Source: a virus
Taxonomy: Duplodnaviria > Heunggongvirae > Uroviricota > Caudoviricetes
DNA length: 64,000 nt
Virus record (IMG/VR): IMGVR_UViG_3300013426_000013
Span: 125,580 to 189,579 of that record
Direction: 5' to 3' (one strand)
Positions 28,148 through 36,371 of the stretch are shown here, in pieces; the first letter of the stretch is position 1; each line of letters opens with the position of its first letter. A program made the translations under genes and the position numbers. Below the pieces are notes generated by a model, which was given only the letters and a program-made list of their open reading frames with translations, was not told the origin of the DNA and did no database searches.

Positions 28148-28698
28148 TGACAACATATATAACAAATAGCGAAGATTTAAAAGAATACGTTCAGTCTGAA
28201 CAGTATTTGGAACTGAAAGACACTATTTACTATTCAGGAAGATTGTCGTTTGATATGAAATCTTTACACATTCTTGGAAACTTTACATGGTCAAATCTGT
28301 TTAATATGGCGTCTAACGCTGAAGGTTTACCTAACACTATTGATGGCGTGTTGACGATTGAAGCAGTCGAGCTACTATCGTGTGAAGGATTTCCTGAATA
28401 CATTGGTAGTTTAAACATGGATACTACATGCAAGGTTGTAAAATGGAAAGGACTTGAAAATACTACAATAGCATGCTTAAAAAATGAATTTGTTAACATG
28501 AATTTACCTGAAGAATGTGATTTAATTTATCACCCGCATGTATTTAAGAAAGACTTTAGATTGCTTGCTTGGTGGCCTAAAAATAAAACAAGATATGCCA
28601 CAATGGATATATTTCTTTATGAGAGTTGTCAATTAAACAAATTTGTTAAAGAACTATTGACTGAAAATTTATCTAAAAATCTTCTTGAAACTATTTAA
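28147..28698 (+). CDS. Hypothetical protein
   Basis: 183 aa, TAATG-coupled to the previous gene. Confidence 0.75.
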   Translation: MTTYITNSEDLKEYVQSEQYLELKDTIYYSGRLSFDMKSLHILGNFTWSNLFNMASNAEGLPNTIDGVLTIEAVELLSCEGFPEYIGSLNMDTTCKVVKWKGLENTTIACLKNEFVNMNLPEECDLIYHPHVFKKDFRLLAWWPKNKTRYATMDIFLYESCQLNKFVKELLTENLSKNLLETI

Positions 28699-28752
28699 AT
28701 TTTGTGCTAATTTATCTTAACAAATAATGATCAGAACTTAAGGCGGATAATT

Positions 28753-29115
28753 GTGAAATACCTTCATCCATATTACAAAAAGGAGTATGATGTAGTTATT
28801 GGTGAGACGTTGTTTTTTAATTATATCACATTCAAAATCTCTGAAGCTCAATATGAAACTTTTGTATTTGATGATGATACAGGAAAAATGTTTCCGATCA
28901 CTAAAATAATTGATAATGTTATTTTAGCTGACAATCAACAAGCAGCATTAACAACAAACAAAAGGATGACAGAAGATTTATGGGCCACATTAAAAACAAT
29001 CGGAGATAAAGAATTGACACAACAATTTGCTGAATACTTAAGCACTGATAATACAAAAGAAAAGTCAGCTTTAGATTGGTTACATTTAATCAGGAAGAAG
29101 AATGAATCTAAATGA
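28753..29115 (+). CDS. Hypothetical protein
   Basis: 120-aa ORF. Confidence 0.7.
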   Translation: MKYLHPYYKKEYDVVIGETLFFNYITFKISEAQYETFVFDDDTGKMFPITKIIDNVILADNQQAALTTNKRMTEDLWATLKTIGDKELTQQFAEYLSTDNTKEKSALDWLHLIRKKNESK

Positions 29116-29251
29116 AATTATCTACCAAATCTTGCAAATAAAACATTTCGAAGTTTGTTTTATTGTTATTCTGGCTTTAATTATTATCATTTACAAACAA
29201 CATAAGAAGTCAAAGCAAAAAAGTTTATTTAAACGTATAAAACTAATGTAA
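29102..29251 (+). CDS. Small membrane protein (49 aa; not in the ORF track)
   Basis: MNLNEII...FIVILALIIIIYKQHKK; one hydrophobic segment. Confidence 0.5.
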   Translation: MNLNEIIYQILQIKHFEVCFIVILALIIIIYKQHKKSKQKSLFKRIKLM

Positions 29252-29261
29252 AGAGGAAGAC

Positions 29262-29876
29262 ATGAAAGTTAAACTAATCCAATGTACAGGTTTTGAACCA
29301 GCCATGCTTGGTTCGATGTTGAGTTATGGGAAAACATCTTTAGATGACCTTGAACTATTTGCTGATACAAAAACTGTACGTCCTGAAATTCTTGAACGTT
29401 TTGCGCCATTATCTAAAACTTTAGTTTCTTCAGGTGCAGGACATGATAAATTTCTTGAACAAATTCAGTATTGGATTGCTGTTCGTGCGCCTTTACGTTT
29501 TCACAAACAACTTGATACATATCGTCATACATCGAAGAGTTCAGAATCAACAATGCATCTTGCGTGGAAAGGTGGCGTTGACGAATCAGATTTTGAAACT
29601 TTTGAATACATCTACCCTGAAACATTGAAACGTTTAAATGATGATATCAAACGTTATTGCGAAGAAAAAGACACATTAAAGAAAAAAGAATTATTCGACA
29701 TTATTACAATGAATTTACCTGATGGTTATTTACAAACACGTATGTTGAATACAAATGCAAAAAGCTTGCGCAATATGTATTTTCAACGTCGTGATCATAA
29801 ATTAGGTGAATGGCATGACTTTTGTGATGCTATTAAAACATTTCCATATGCTGATTTAATTACTTTAGAAAAATAA
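29262..29876 (+). CDS. ThyX-like (flavin-dependent thymidylate synthase fold) protein
   Basis: GHDKFLEQI..., APLRFHKQLDTYR, SESTMH, LPDGYLQTR, SLRNMYFQRRDHKLGEW. Confidence 0.65.
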   Translation: MKVKLIQCTGFEPAMLGSMLSYGKTSLDDLELFADTKTVRPEILERFAPLSKTLVSSGAGHDKFLEQIQYWIAVRAPLRFHKQLDTYRHTSKSSESTMHLAWKGGVDESDFETFEYIYPETLKRLNDDIKRYCEEKDTLKKKELFDIITMNLPDGYLQTRMLNTNAKSLRNMYFQRRDHKLGEWHDFCDAIKTFPYADLITLEK

Positions 29877-29892
29877 ATAACTTTTATATAAT

Positions 29893-30069
29893 ATGTTGAA
29901 GCAATATACAATATATTTAATCAGGTGGCAGCTGTCGACACCAATTCTGGCAGCTGTCATTTATTGGCTAAAAAATTGCAGTGCCTTAACAAGTACAATC
30001 ATTGCCAATTTAATTGGTGGTTTGATTTTCTTTTGGATTGATCGTATGATTTTTAAGAAAGCTAAATGA
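29893..30069 (+). CDS. Small two-helix membrane protein (58 aa; not in the ORF track)
   Basis: MLKQYTIYLIRWQLSTPILAAVIYWL...TIIANLIGGLIFFWIDRMIFKKAK; GtrA-like pattern. Confidence 0.75.
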   Translation: MLKQYTIYLIRWQLSTPILAAVIYWLKNCSALTSTIIANLIGGLIFFWIDRMIFKKAK

Positions 30070-30070
30070 A

Positions 30071-30445
30071 ATGATGGAAGAAGCCGTTAATGATTTAAAG
30101 AAAATGAAATCTGAAAAGACTAAACTTCTTAATCAGTTAAAAGCTGATAAAGAAATGTATGAATCTATCTTAAAAGATTTAAACAAAAAGATTGATGATA
30201 CTACAAAAGAAGTTGAGCGTTTAAATAATGTCTATAATGGCTTAACAAAATACGAATACTTAACTGATCATGCTTTAGTCAGATATCTTGAACGTTCAGG
30301 TGCTATTGATATTCAAACTATCCGAAAGAATCTGTTAAATGAAAGTTTAGCTATTGGCTTGATTAACAATGCGAATAAAGTCACTATTGGCGGTTTTGAC
30401 TTTATTGTTAAAAATGGTAAAGTAGTAACATCAATAGATAAGTAA
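30071..30445 (+). CDS. Hypothetical protein (coiled coil plus LTDHALVRYLER motif)
   Basis: 124-aa ORF. Confidence 0.7.
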   Translation: MMEEAVNDLKKMKSEKTKLLNQLKADKEMYESILKDLNKKIDDTTKEVERLNNVYNGLTKYEYLTDHALVRYLERSGAIDIQTIRKNLLNESLAIGLINNANKVTIGGFDFIVKNGKVVTSIDK

Positions 30446-30451
30446 ATAAAT

Positions 30452-30865
30452 ATGACAAAAATTTCAGACCTTAACTTTAAAACAAAAATCTTAACTGAAG
30501 AAGAAAGTGATAATTTTAACGGTGTATCTTCAGTTTGTACAGCTGTCATCAAAAACAATTTACCATTTGAAATTGTTATAGTACGTATGTTTGAACAAGA
30601 TTGTGCAGACAAACCTTATATCATAATGTTCATAGAAAAATTAAATAGAGACGTTGTAAAGATAGATACAATTATTCCTAATGATATTATTGATGAAGTT
30701 TGTCCTGATAATCAATCTGAAATCTCTATTGAATGTTTAAGTGAAGAGTCAGCAAATCAAATTATTGAAGTTGCTGAAGCTTTTGGAAAAAATGTCACGG
30801 AATATCTAAACTCAATTAAAAAGTATAGTAACAAAATCATTTCAATACCTACAACTTTACAATAA
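30452..30865 (+). CDS. Hypothetical protein
   Basis: 137-aa ORF. Confidence 0.7.
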   Translation: MTKISDLNFKTKILTEEESDNFNGVSSVCTAVIKNNLPFEIVIVRMFEQDCADKPYIIMFIEKLNRDVVKIDTIIPNDIIDEVCPDNQSEISIECLSEESANQIIEVAEAFGKNVTEYLNSIKKYSNKIISIPTTLQ

Positions 30866-30960
30866 CTAATTGTTGACAAACAATAATTTTCATTGTAAAA
30901 TTCTACTATAATAATTAAATGTTCTATAAACACTTTTAAATAAAAGCAGGTGAATTCTAA

Positions 30961-31566
30961 ATGTTAGACTATTTTGATATTAGTGATACTTCAGACATTC
31001 CAGAATATACAAACAATAGTTTTAAAGGTGGACGTAATCTACGGTATGCACTTTTGTATTTGATGGAACTTGCCAAAAAACCAATTACAGCTAAACATCT
31101 TCGTGTTGCATTTTACAGAAAATATCATGATTGCAAAAACTTTCAAGATTTAAGCGTCACTCAAGTTTCATTATTGCTACGAAATTTGATTACTCAAAAA
31201 GATGTTTTAACCGTTGAACGTGGCGTTTATATTGTTAATAAAGATAAAGTAAAACGCACCATTACACGTCGCACGAACACATCAATTGAGAATAAACCTT
31301 TAGTTAATTTGATTATATCTATTTTAACAAACAAATCACCTATTGATAAAAATGATTTGTGCAAAATCATCAATGAACACTCACCAAATTTACAATTATC
31401 TGAAAGTGGTTTGGTTAATATCTTAAGTCACCTGAAGAAAAGAAAACAAATCACATGTACAAAAGGTCTTTATAGCATAAATAGTGAATATGAAAAACCT
31501 GTTGTGCGACGTAAAAGAAAATCTAAAGAAGAAACTGAAACAAAAACTAATTCAGGAAACCTATAA
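30961..31566 (+). CDS. Putative DNA-binding protein with tandem winged-helix-like modules
   Basis: Repeated helix...VERGVYIV and CTKGLYSI wing motifs; promoter at 30873-30901. Confidence 0.5.
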   Translation: MLDYFDISDTSDIPEYTNNSFKGGRNLRYALLYLMELAKKPITAKHLRVAFYRKYHDCKNFQDLSVTQVSLLLRNLITQKDVLTVERGVYIVNKDKVKRTITRRTNTSIENKPLVNLIISILTNKSPIDKNDLCKIINEHSPNLQLSESGLVNILSHLKKRKQITCTKGLYSINSEYEKPVVRRKRKSKEETETKTNSGNL

Positions 31567-32402
31567 TGCTGAACGATTCAAGCGAAAATCTATTTGATTC
31601 AAAAAACACTGAAGACATTAAAGGTTTTTCTTTTGATAGTAAAGACAGACCTGTCTATCGTATTAATATGGGAAGATTATTAACCATTATTAAAGAAACT
31701 GATTCATATATTAATGCTGAAGAATTACGAGCAGCATACTATAGAAAATTCAACAACGAATCAGATTTTATGAATCTAAGTCTTGCACAAGTAAAGTATT
31801 TGGTTAATATCCTTAATCATCAACATGATTTTAAACGCCGTGGTAATAAATTCAAATACAACACAAATGAACGCACTAAAATTGACTACTACGATGTAGC
31901 AATGATGTTTAAAAATGCTTCACTATCAACAGATGAAGCATATGCTAAATATAAAGAAATTTCCAAATCCGGCAATTTGCCTAAAGGTGCTTTTATTAAT
32001 ACATTAAGATACCTTCATAATAAAAATTGTTTGGAACGTACAGAAGTCGAGCATCATTACATATATACATTAAAAGACATCAATGCATTAAGCAGTCGTC
32101 TTGAGCAAACTGTAACACATAACGTATTAAATACAGCCATTCAAGATAAGCATTATAATTTTGATGAAGTTTGTTCAAATTTAGGAACAACGCGTGGTAA
32201 ACTTTTAGGCTCTTTACGCCGTACAGGTATGAAATGGGAGTCACGTCGCAAGAAAAAAGTACGCGATGCTAGATCAGGAAAAGTTTGGGAATCACTGTCA
32301 AGTTGTGCCAAAGAACTTAAAGTTTCACGTCAACATATCAATCAAAGTATGAAACGTAATTCACCTGTTAGAGGTGTTTACCTTGAATTCTTTGAAGAAT
32401 GA
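31566..32402 (+). CDS. Putative DNA-binding protein with C-terminal NUMOD1/IENR1-like HTH
   Basis: KKVRDARSGKVWESLSSCAKELKVSRQHINQSMKR. Confidence 0.55.
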   Translation: MLNDSSENLFDSKNTEDIKGFSFDSKDRPVYRINMGRLLTIIKETDSYINAEELRAAYYRKFNNESDFMNLSLAQVKYLVNILNHQHDFKRRGNKFKYNTNERTKIDYYDVAMMFKNASLSTDEAYAKYKEISKSGNLPKGAFINTLRYLHNKNCLERTEVEHHYIYTLKDINALSSRLEQTVTHNVLNTAIQDKHYNFDEVCSNLGTTRGKLLGSLRRTGMKWESRRKKKVRDARSGKVWESLSSCAKELKVSRQHINQSMKRNSPVRGVYLEFFEE

Positions 32403-32404
32403 TT

Positions 32405-33121
32405 CTAAATAAACGTTGGAAAAAATCTTAATGTAGGTACATACCAATAATCTTTAGGTAGGATTAATGTCACAACATCATATGCATTTGAAACTTTCTT
32501 AACATTAATTCTATTATATTTCCAATATGAATCAATTGACGGGGTATATAAGGTTTGTTTGAGTATCTTCAAATCTTTATACCCCTTCTTTTTACCGTAT
32601 GATGTCTTTAATAATTTAAAACTTTTCATGTGTTTCAACATACCGTATGTAACATCTGTATCAACACCACAATCTTGCATAAACACTATAATATCAGACG
32701 GCTCGAATAAAACATTATCTACAGTAAAACTTTGGCTTCCTGTAATATAAAAATAATCACCCTTTTTTAATGGTCTATATGTATTCAAATACTTGAAACC
32801 AACAGCAGCTAAAGTATTAATTGTAACCTTGCTATGATATGTTGTTTTAAAAGGTGTATTTGTATTAGATGGAATTTGGTCAACTAAAAAGAAACCTGAT
32901 GTAGTGCTTTTGTATGTTAACGAATCATAAACAGACATTTGTGCATATGTTTTATTAAAATTCGGTTCAACAAAAGTAATCTTTCCATCTGTGTTTTCAA
33001 AAGGATAAACTTTAGGTAAAACAGAATTAGGTAAAGGCACATCACGCAACTGTGTATCATATGTAAATTCCTTTACATTCATTGGTTCAATAAAATTATC
33101 TTCATATGAAACACTATACAT
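32405..33121 (-). CDS. Hypothetical (possibly virion) protein
   Basis: 238-aa ORF. Confidence 0.7.
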   Translation of the reverse strand: MYSVSYEDNFIEPMNVKEFTYDTQLRDVPLPNSVLPKVYPFENTDGKITFVEPNFNKTYAQMSVYDSLTYKSTTSGFFLVDQIPSNTNTPFKTTYHSKVTINTLAAVGFKYLNTYRPLKKGDYFYITGSQSFTVDNVLFEPSDIIVFMQDCGVDTDVTYGMLKHMKSFKLLKTSYGKKKGYKDLKILKQTLYTPSIDSYWKYNRINVKKVSNAYDVVTLILPKDYWYVPTLRFFPTFI

Positions 33122-33234
33122 TTTATTTACCTATTAAAAAACATCAATAAATTAAGAACTTTTTGGAATTTAGTGATTGACTATCTTGAATAAATTTGCT
33201 AACATATTCTTAAACTTAACTAATAGGAAAACTA

Positions 33235-34062
33235 ATGTCAGTATTCGTAGTTTATAAAAGAAATTCTGGCAACAAGTCAGATACAATGGTGTCGTATTCA
33301 TCTTCAAGAGAAACGGCAGAACAATTAATTCCACCAAACAGTAAAGATTTTTATATTCAGGAATTGCCTAAATTGGAACTAAATAAACCTAAATACAGTG
33401 GAGGTTTATGGACACGAACAGATGCGGCAATTGAAAAAGAGCATGAAGAATATATTAAAAAATCAGTTGTTACAGATCCAATGTCTCATCGCACTGAATA
33501 CCCTACGGAATTACCGGAAGCTGTTGCGTACTACATTAAAGGATTTAAAGATCCTCAACGACAGGAAACTAGAAGTGTTGAGCTTTTTAATTGTTTAGAT
33601 GATTTGTCTTGCAAAAAGATTTCACTCAATATTACTAAAAATAAACCTCAAGGTGCACCGCGTACAACACGTGAACCAAACCGTCATGGTGTCTTTAAAA
33701 AGAATTATACTAACAACAAAATTATTATTCCTAAAACCGGTTATAACATACCAGCAACAAAACCTAAACAACCTGTTTTTTATAAACAACAACCAAACAA
33801 ACCCTCTATAAACATTGTTGACGGCAAAAGAGTTTTTAGATGGAGTTTCAGTTTCAGCTATCCAAATATGAAACCTGTTGTTTACAAGATTTTTATTGAA
33901 AATCAACACGAATCTACAGAAATTAATTTTGTTGCAGGACCAATCTACCATGATCGTGACTTTAAGCTAATTGCATATACAACAACACAAGAAAAAGCTG
34001 AAAAGATGATTATGAAAGAATTGAAAAAATTAATTGCCATTGGGAAAATCAGATCATGCTAA
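33235..34062 (+). CDS. Hypothetical protein
   Basis: 275 aa; AGGA SD; promoter TTGACT-17-TAACAT at 33177-33205. Confidence 0.7.
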   Translation: MSVFVVYKRNSGNKSDTMVSYSSSRETAEQLIPPNSKDFYIQELPKLELNKPKYSGGLWTRTDAAIEKEHEEYIKKSVVTDPMSHRTEYPTELPEAVAYYIKGFKDPQRQETRSVELFNCLDDLSCKKISLNITKNKPQGAPRTTREPNRHGVFKKNYTNNKIIIPKTGYNIPATKPKQPVFYKQQPNKPSINIVDGKRVFRWSFSFSYPNMKPVVYKIFIENQHESTEINFVAGPIYHDRDFKLIAYTTTQEKAEKMIMKELKKLIAIGKIRSC

Positions 34063-34406
34063 TTTCTAAATTATCACAAAATCAAATTGATAATCTTAAA
34101 AAAGTATACATTACAGTACCTGTACTTAACGAAGAAAAAACTAAAATTATTAACTTTACTGTAAAAGAAGTACGTCGAGGTAAATTTGTCAGACCCCTTT
34201 CAATAATTCGAGCAAATCCTCATATCTACCAATATGAACATTGGTTTGAAAATAAAGAAGAAAATCGTGCATATATCTATAGACGACAACAACATCTTTA
34301 TAGATTCAATGATGATATTTTAGTTTATTTAGCTTTAAAGTATAATTTAAGACTTGAAGTAGCAGGGCTTAATCTACAAACTTTAAGAAAATTAGAAAAC
34401 ATTTAA
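34056..34406 (+). CDS. Hypothetical protein
   Basis: 116 aa, overlapping the previous gene. Confidence 0.65.
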   Translation: MLISKLSQNQIDNLKKVYITVPVLNEEKTKIINFTVKEVRRGKFVRPLSIIRANPHIYQYEHWFENKEENRAYIYRRQQHLYRFNDDILVYLALKYNLRLEVAGLNLQTLRKLENI

Positions 34407-34487
34407 ATTTTATATTGACATCCTTTTGCTTTCATTATATAGTATATTTATACGATGAAAAGAAAAGCTAATCGAAAGGAAAATATC

Positions 34488-35075
34488 ATGAATAAAACTA
34501 TTGCTACAGTAATCATGTGTATGACAATGTCTGCATGTTCTACGATGAGTGATAAAGTAATTCAGCGTTCTGACAACTTGTCGTCAAGACCGTCATGGGC
34601 TTCTGAAACAGTTGCATACTATGAAGAAGGCAACAAAACATATTTTGTAGGGAATATGATTGTTGACGGTGGCACTAGTCCGTCGTGGCTGTGCATTGCT
34701 GCTTCTAATGTCACAAAAAAAGACGTTGCTGATCAAATCAAACAAAAGCTTGATTACATTGTTCAAGCTGCCAATGAAGACATGACTGTTGGTTTAGGCC
34801 AGTTAAAATATGTAGGCACTGAAGCTTCTAATCTGACAGTATCTAGCTTGAAACGTGAGGGATGCTATTGGGAAAAAGTGTTGACACAGGTTGACGAATC
34901 TTCTAAAGGTATCGTTTATCATGCTTTTGCTAAAATGTCTATTCCTACAGCTGATTTGAAAAAAGCTATTAAAGATGCTGCTAGCAAAAAAGGTTTGAGT
35001 AAAGATTTTCAGAAACAGGTTGATGAACGTTGGAATACTGTAACTTCCTTCGAAAAAGAATCAGTTACTGAATAA
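34488..35075 (+). CDS. Predicted lipoprotein (LPP20-like)
   Basis: Signal MNKTIATVIMCMTMSAC; SSRPSWA; promoter TTGACA-17-TATAGT at 34415-34443. Confidence 0.65.
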   Translation: MNKTIATVIMCMTMSACSTMSDKVIQRSDNLSSRPSWASETVAYYEEGNKTYFVGNMIVDGGTSPSWLCIAASNVTKKDVADQIKQKLDYIVQAANEDMTVGLGQLKYVGTEASNLTVSSLKREGCYWEKVLTQVDESSKGIVYHAFAKMSIPTADLKKAIKDAASKKGLSKDFQKQVDERWNTVTSFEKESVTE

Positions 35076-35133
35076 AATGATGGAAAGGTCACGTTTGTCC
35101 TTCCAATTAATTCAAATAAAATGGAGAATTGAA

Positions 35134-35364
35134 ATGTTTAAATTAGTAGGTATGCCTAATTGCCCTAAATGCAAACAGGTTAAGAAGCTGCTTGACGGTA
35201 TGAATTATCAGATTGAAGAAATTAACGGCATGGAACATACAGATATTCTAGATAAATACAAAATTCAAGCTGCACCTGTAATTATTAACACTGATACTGA
35301 AGTTGCTACGTATGTTGGCGATTGGGGTTCTAAAAAACTAAAAGATCTATTAGGTATTCAGTAA
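35134..35364 (+). CDS. Glutaredoxin-like protein
   Basis: GMPNCPKCKQVK CxxC; AAPVII cis-Pro motif; GGAG SD. Confidence 0.85.
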   Translation: MFKLVGMPNCPKCKQVKKLLDGMNYQIEEINGMEHTDILDKYKIQAAPVIINTDTEVATYVGDWGSKKLKDLLGIQ

Positions 35365-35705
35365 TGGCTCTATACACGTTTCAGTATCAAGGAATTAATG
35401 TTGCTACCGATAAACTAATTGAATCACCTGAAGATTCGTCTTTTTCTTTTACGTTACCTAAAGAATCAAATGAATCTAAACAGTTAATTGAATTACAAAC
35501 AAAATTATTTAATTCATTTTCTACAAAAATTATTGTGAATGATTTTGAAGAGTTTTGCCAGAACATTTTAATTTCTAAAGATTCTGAACAATACGCGTGG
35601 TGCATTAATTGTTACATTTGCAAAAGAATTGATGATTCTGATAATTGGTTGTTTCGTTTCAACTTTTTGCACTATTTCTCAAAGAGTTGTTGCAAATATC
35701 AATAA
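35364..35705 (+). CDS. Hypothetical protein
   Basis: 113 aa, TAATG-coupled. Confidence 0.65.
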   Translation: MALYTFQYQGINVATDKLIESPEDSSFSFTLPKESNESKQLIELQTKLFNSFSTKIIVNDFEEFCQNILISKDSEQYAWCINCYICKRIDDSDNWLFRFNFLHYFSKSCCKYQ

Positions 35706-35709
35706 CTAT

Positions 35710-35735
35710 AAAGGCCGGAATTTCAACCGGCCTTT
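35710..35735. terminator. Bidirectional terminator
   Basis: AAAGGCCGG / CCGGCCTTT stem. Confidence 0.85.
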
Positions 35736-35738
35736 ATT

Positions 35739-36257
35739 TTAAATTCTTTCTTTCCAATTCTTCAATTCATAATGTGGTTTATCAACTATTGTTTTCCAAT
35801 CACCACCCCATGTTAATTCAATATTGTTTTCTTTTGCAATACCAACAATCAAGTCATGAAGTTTGTCCCACTCTTCTGAATTGCTATCCCACTCACCATT
35901 TTTCATTGGAATAGGGTAAGGAACTACATCTATAGCAAAACTCGGTTTATAATTATGCGCTGATTGCCCCGCATGTGCTTTTGATGTTTTCTTCTTGCAC
36001 ATTGCTTCCTGTTCTTCATTTGAACGATACCCACACAATATTGTAATATCACGATAATTCAATACTTCATTGATAATCGTCTGTAACTCTTTACAACATT
36101 GTTTCAATCGATCAGCACCTGCAGGTGATAACATACAAGGTTCTGACAATCTCTCATAACACCCTATCTTCTTCATTTCAACTTCACTTTCTTTAAAATC
36201 AAACATATCTAAATATTGATCCAAAAACTTGAAAAACCAATCAAAAAGAAACTTCAT
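35739..36257 (-). CDS. Endolysin, M15-family L-Ala-D-Glu peptidase
   Basis: CGYRSNEEQ, SAHNY...AIDVVP, WGGDWK..VDKPHYEL. Confidence 0.9.
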   Translation of the reverse strand: MKFLFDWFFKFLDQYLDMFDFKESEVEMKKIGCYERLSEPCMLSPAGADRLKQCCKELQTIINEVLNYRDITILCGYRSNEEQEAMCKKKTSKAHAGQSAHNYKPSFAIDVVPYPIPMKNGEWDSNSEEWDKLHDLIVGIAKENNIELTWGGDWKTIVDKPHYELKNWKERI

Positions 36258-36371
36258 GGAAACACCAAACAATTGTTTATCTTAAGATTAAGAACAGTTA
36301 CTTGAAAAAGATCTTTAAGAATAAACGTTCTCTTAAATAAAATGCACTAAACAAACATCAAGAGAATTGTA

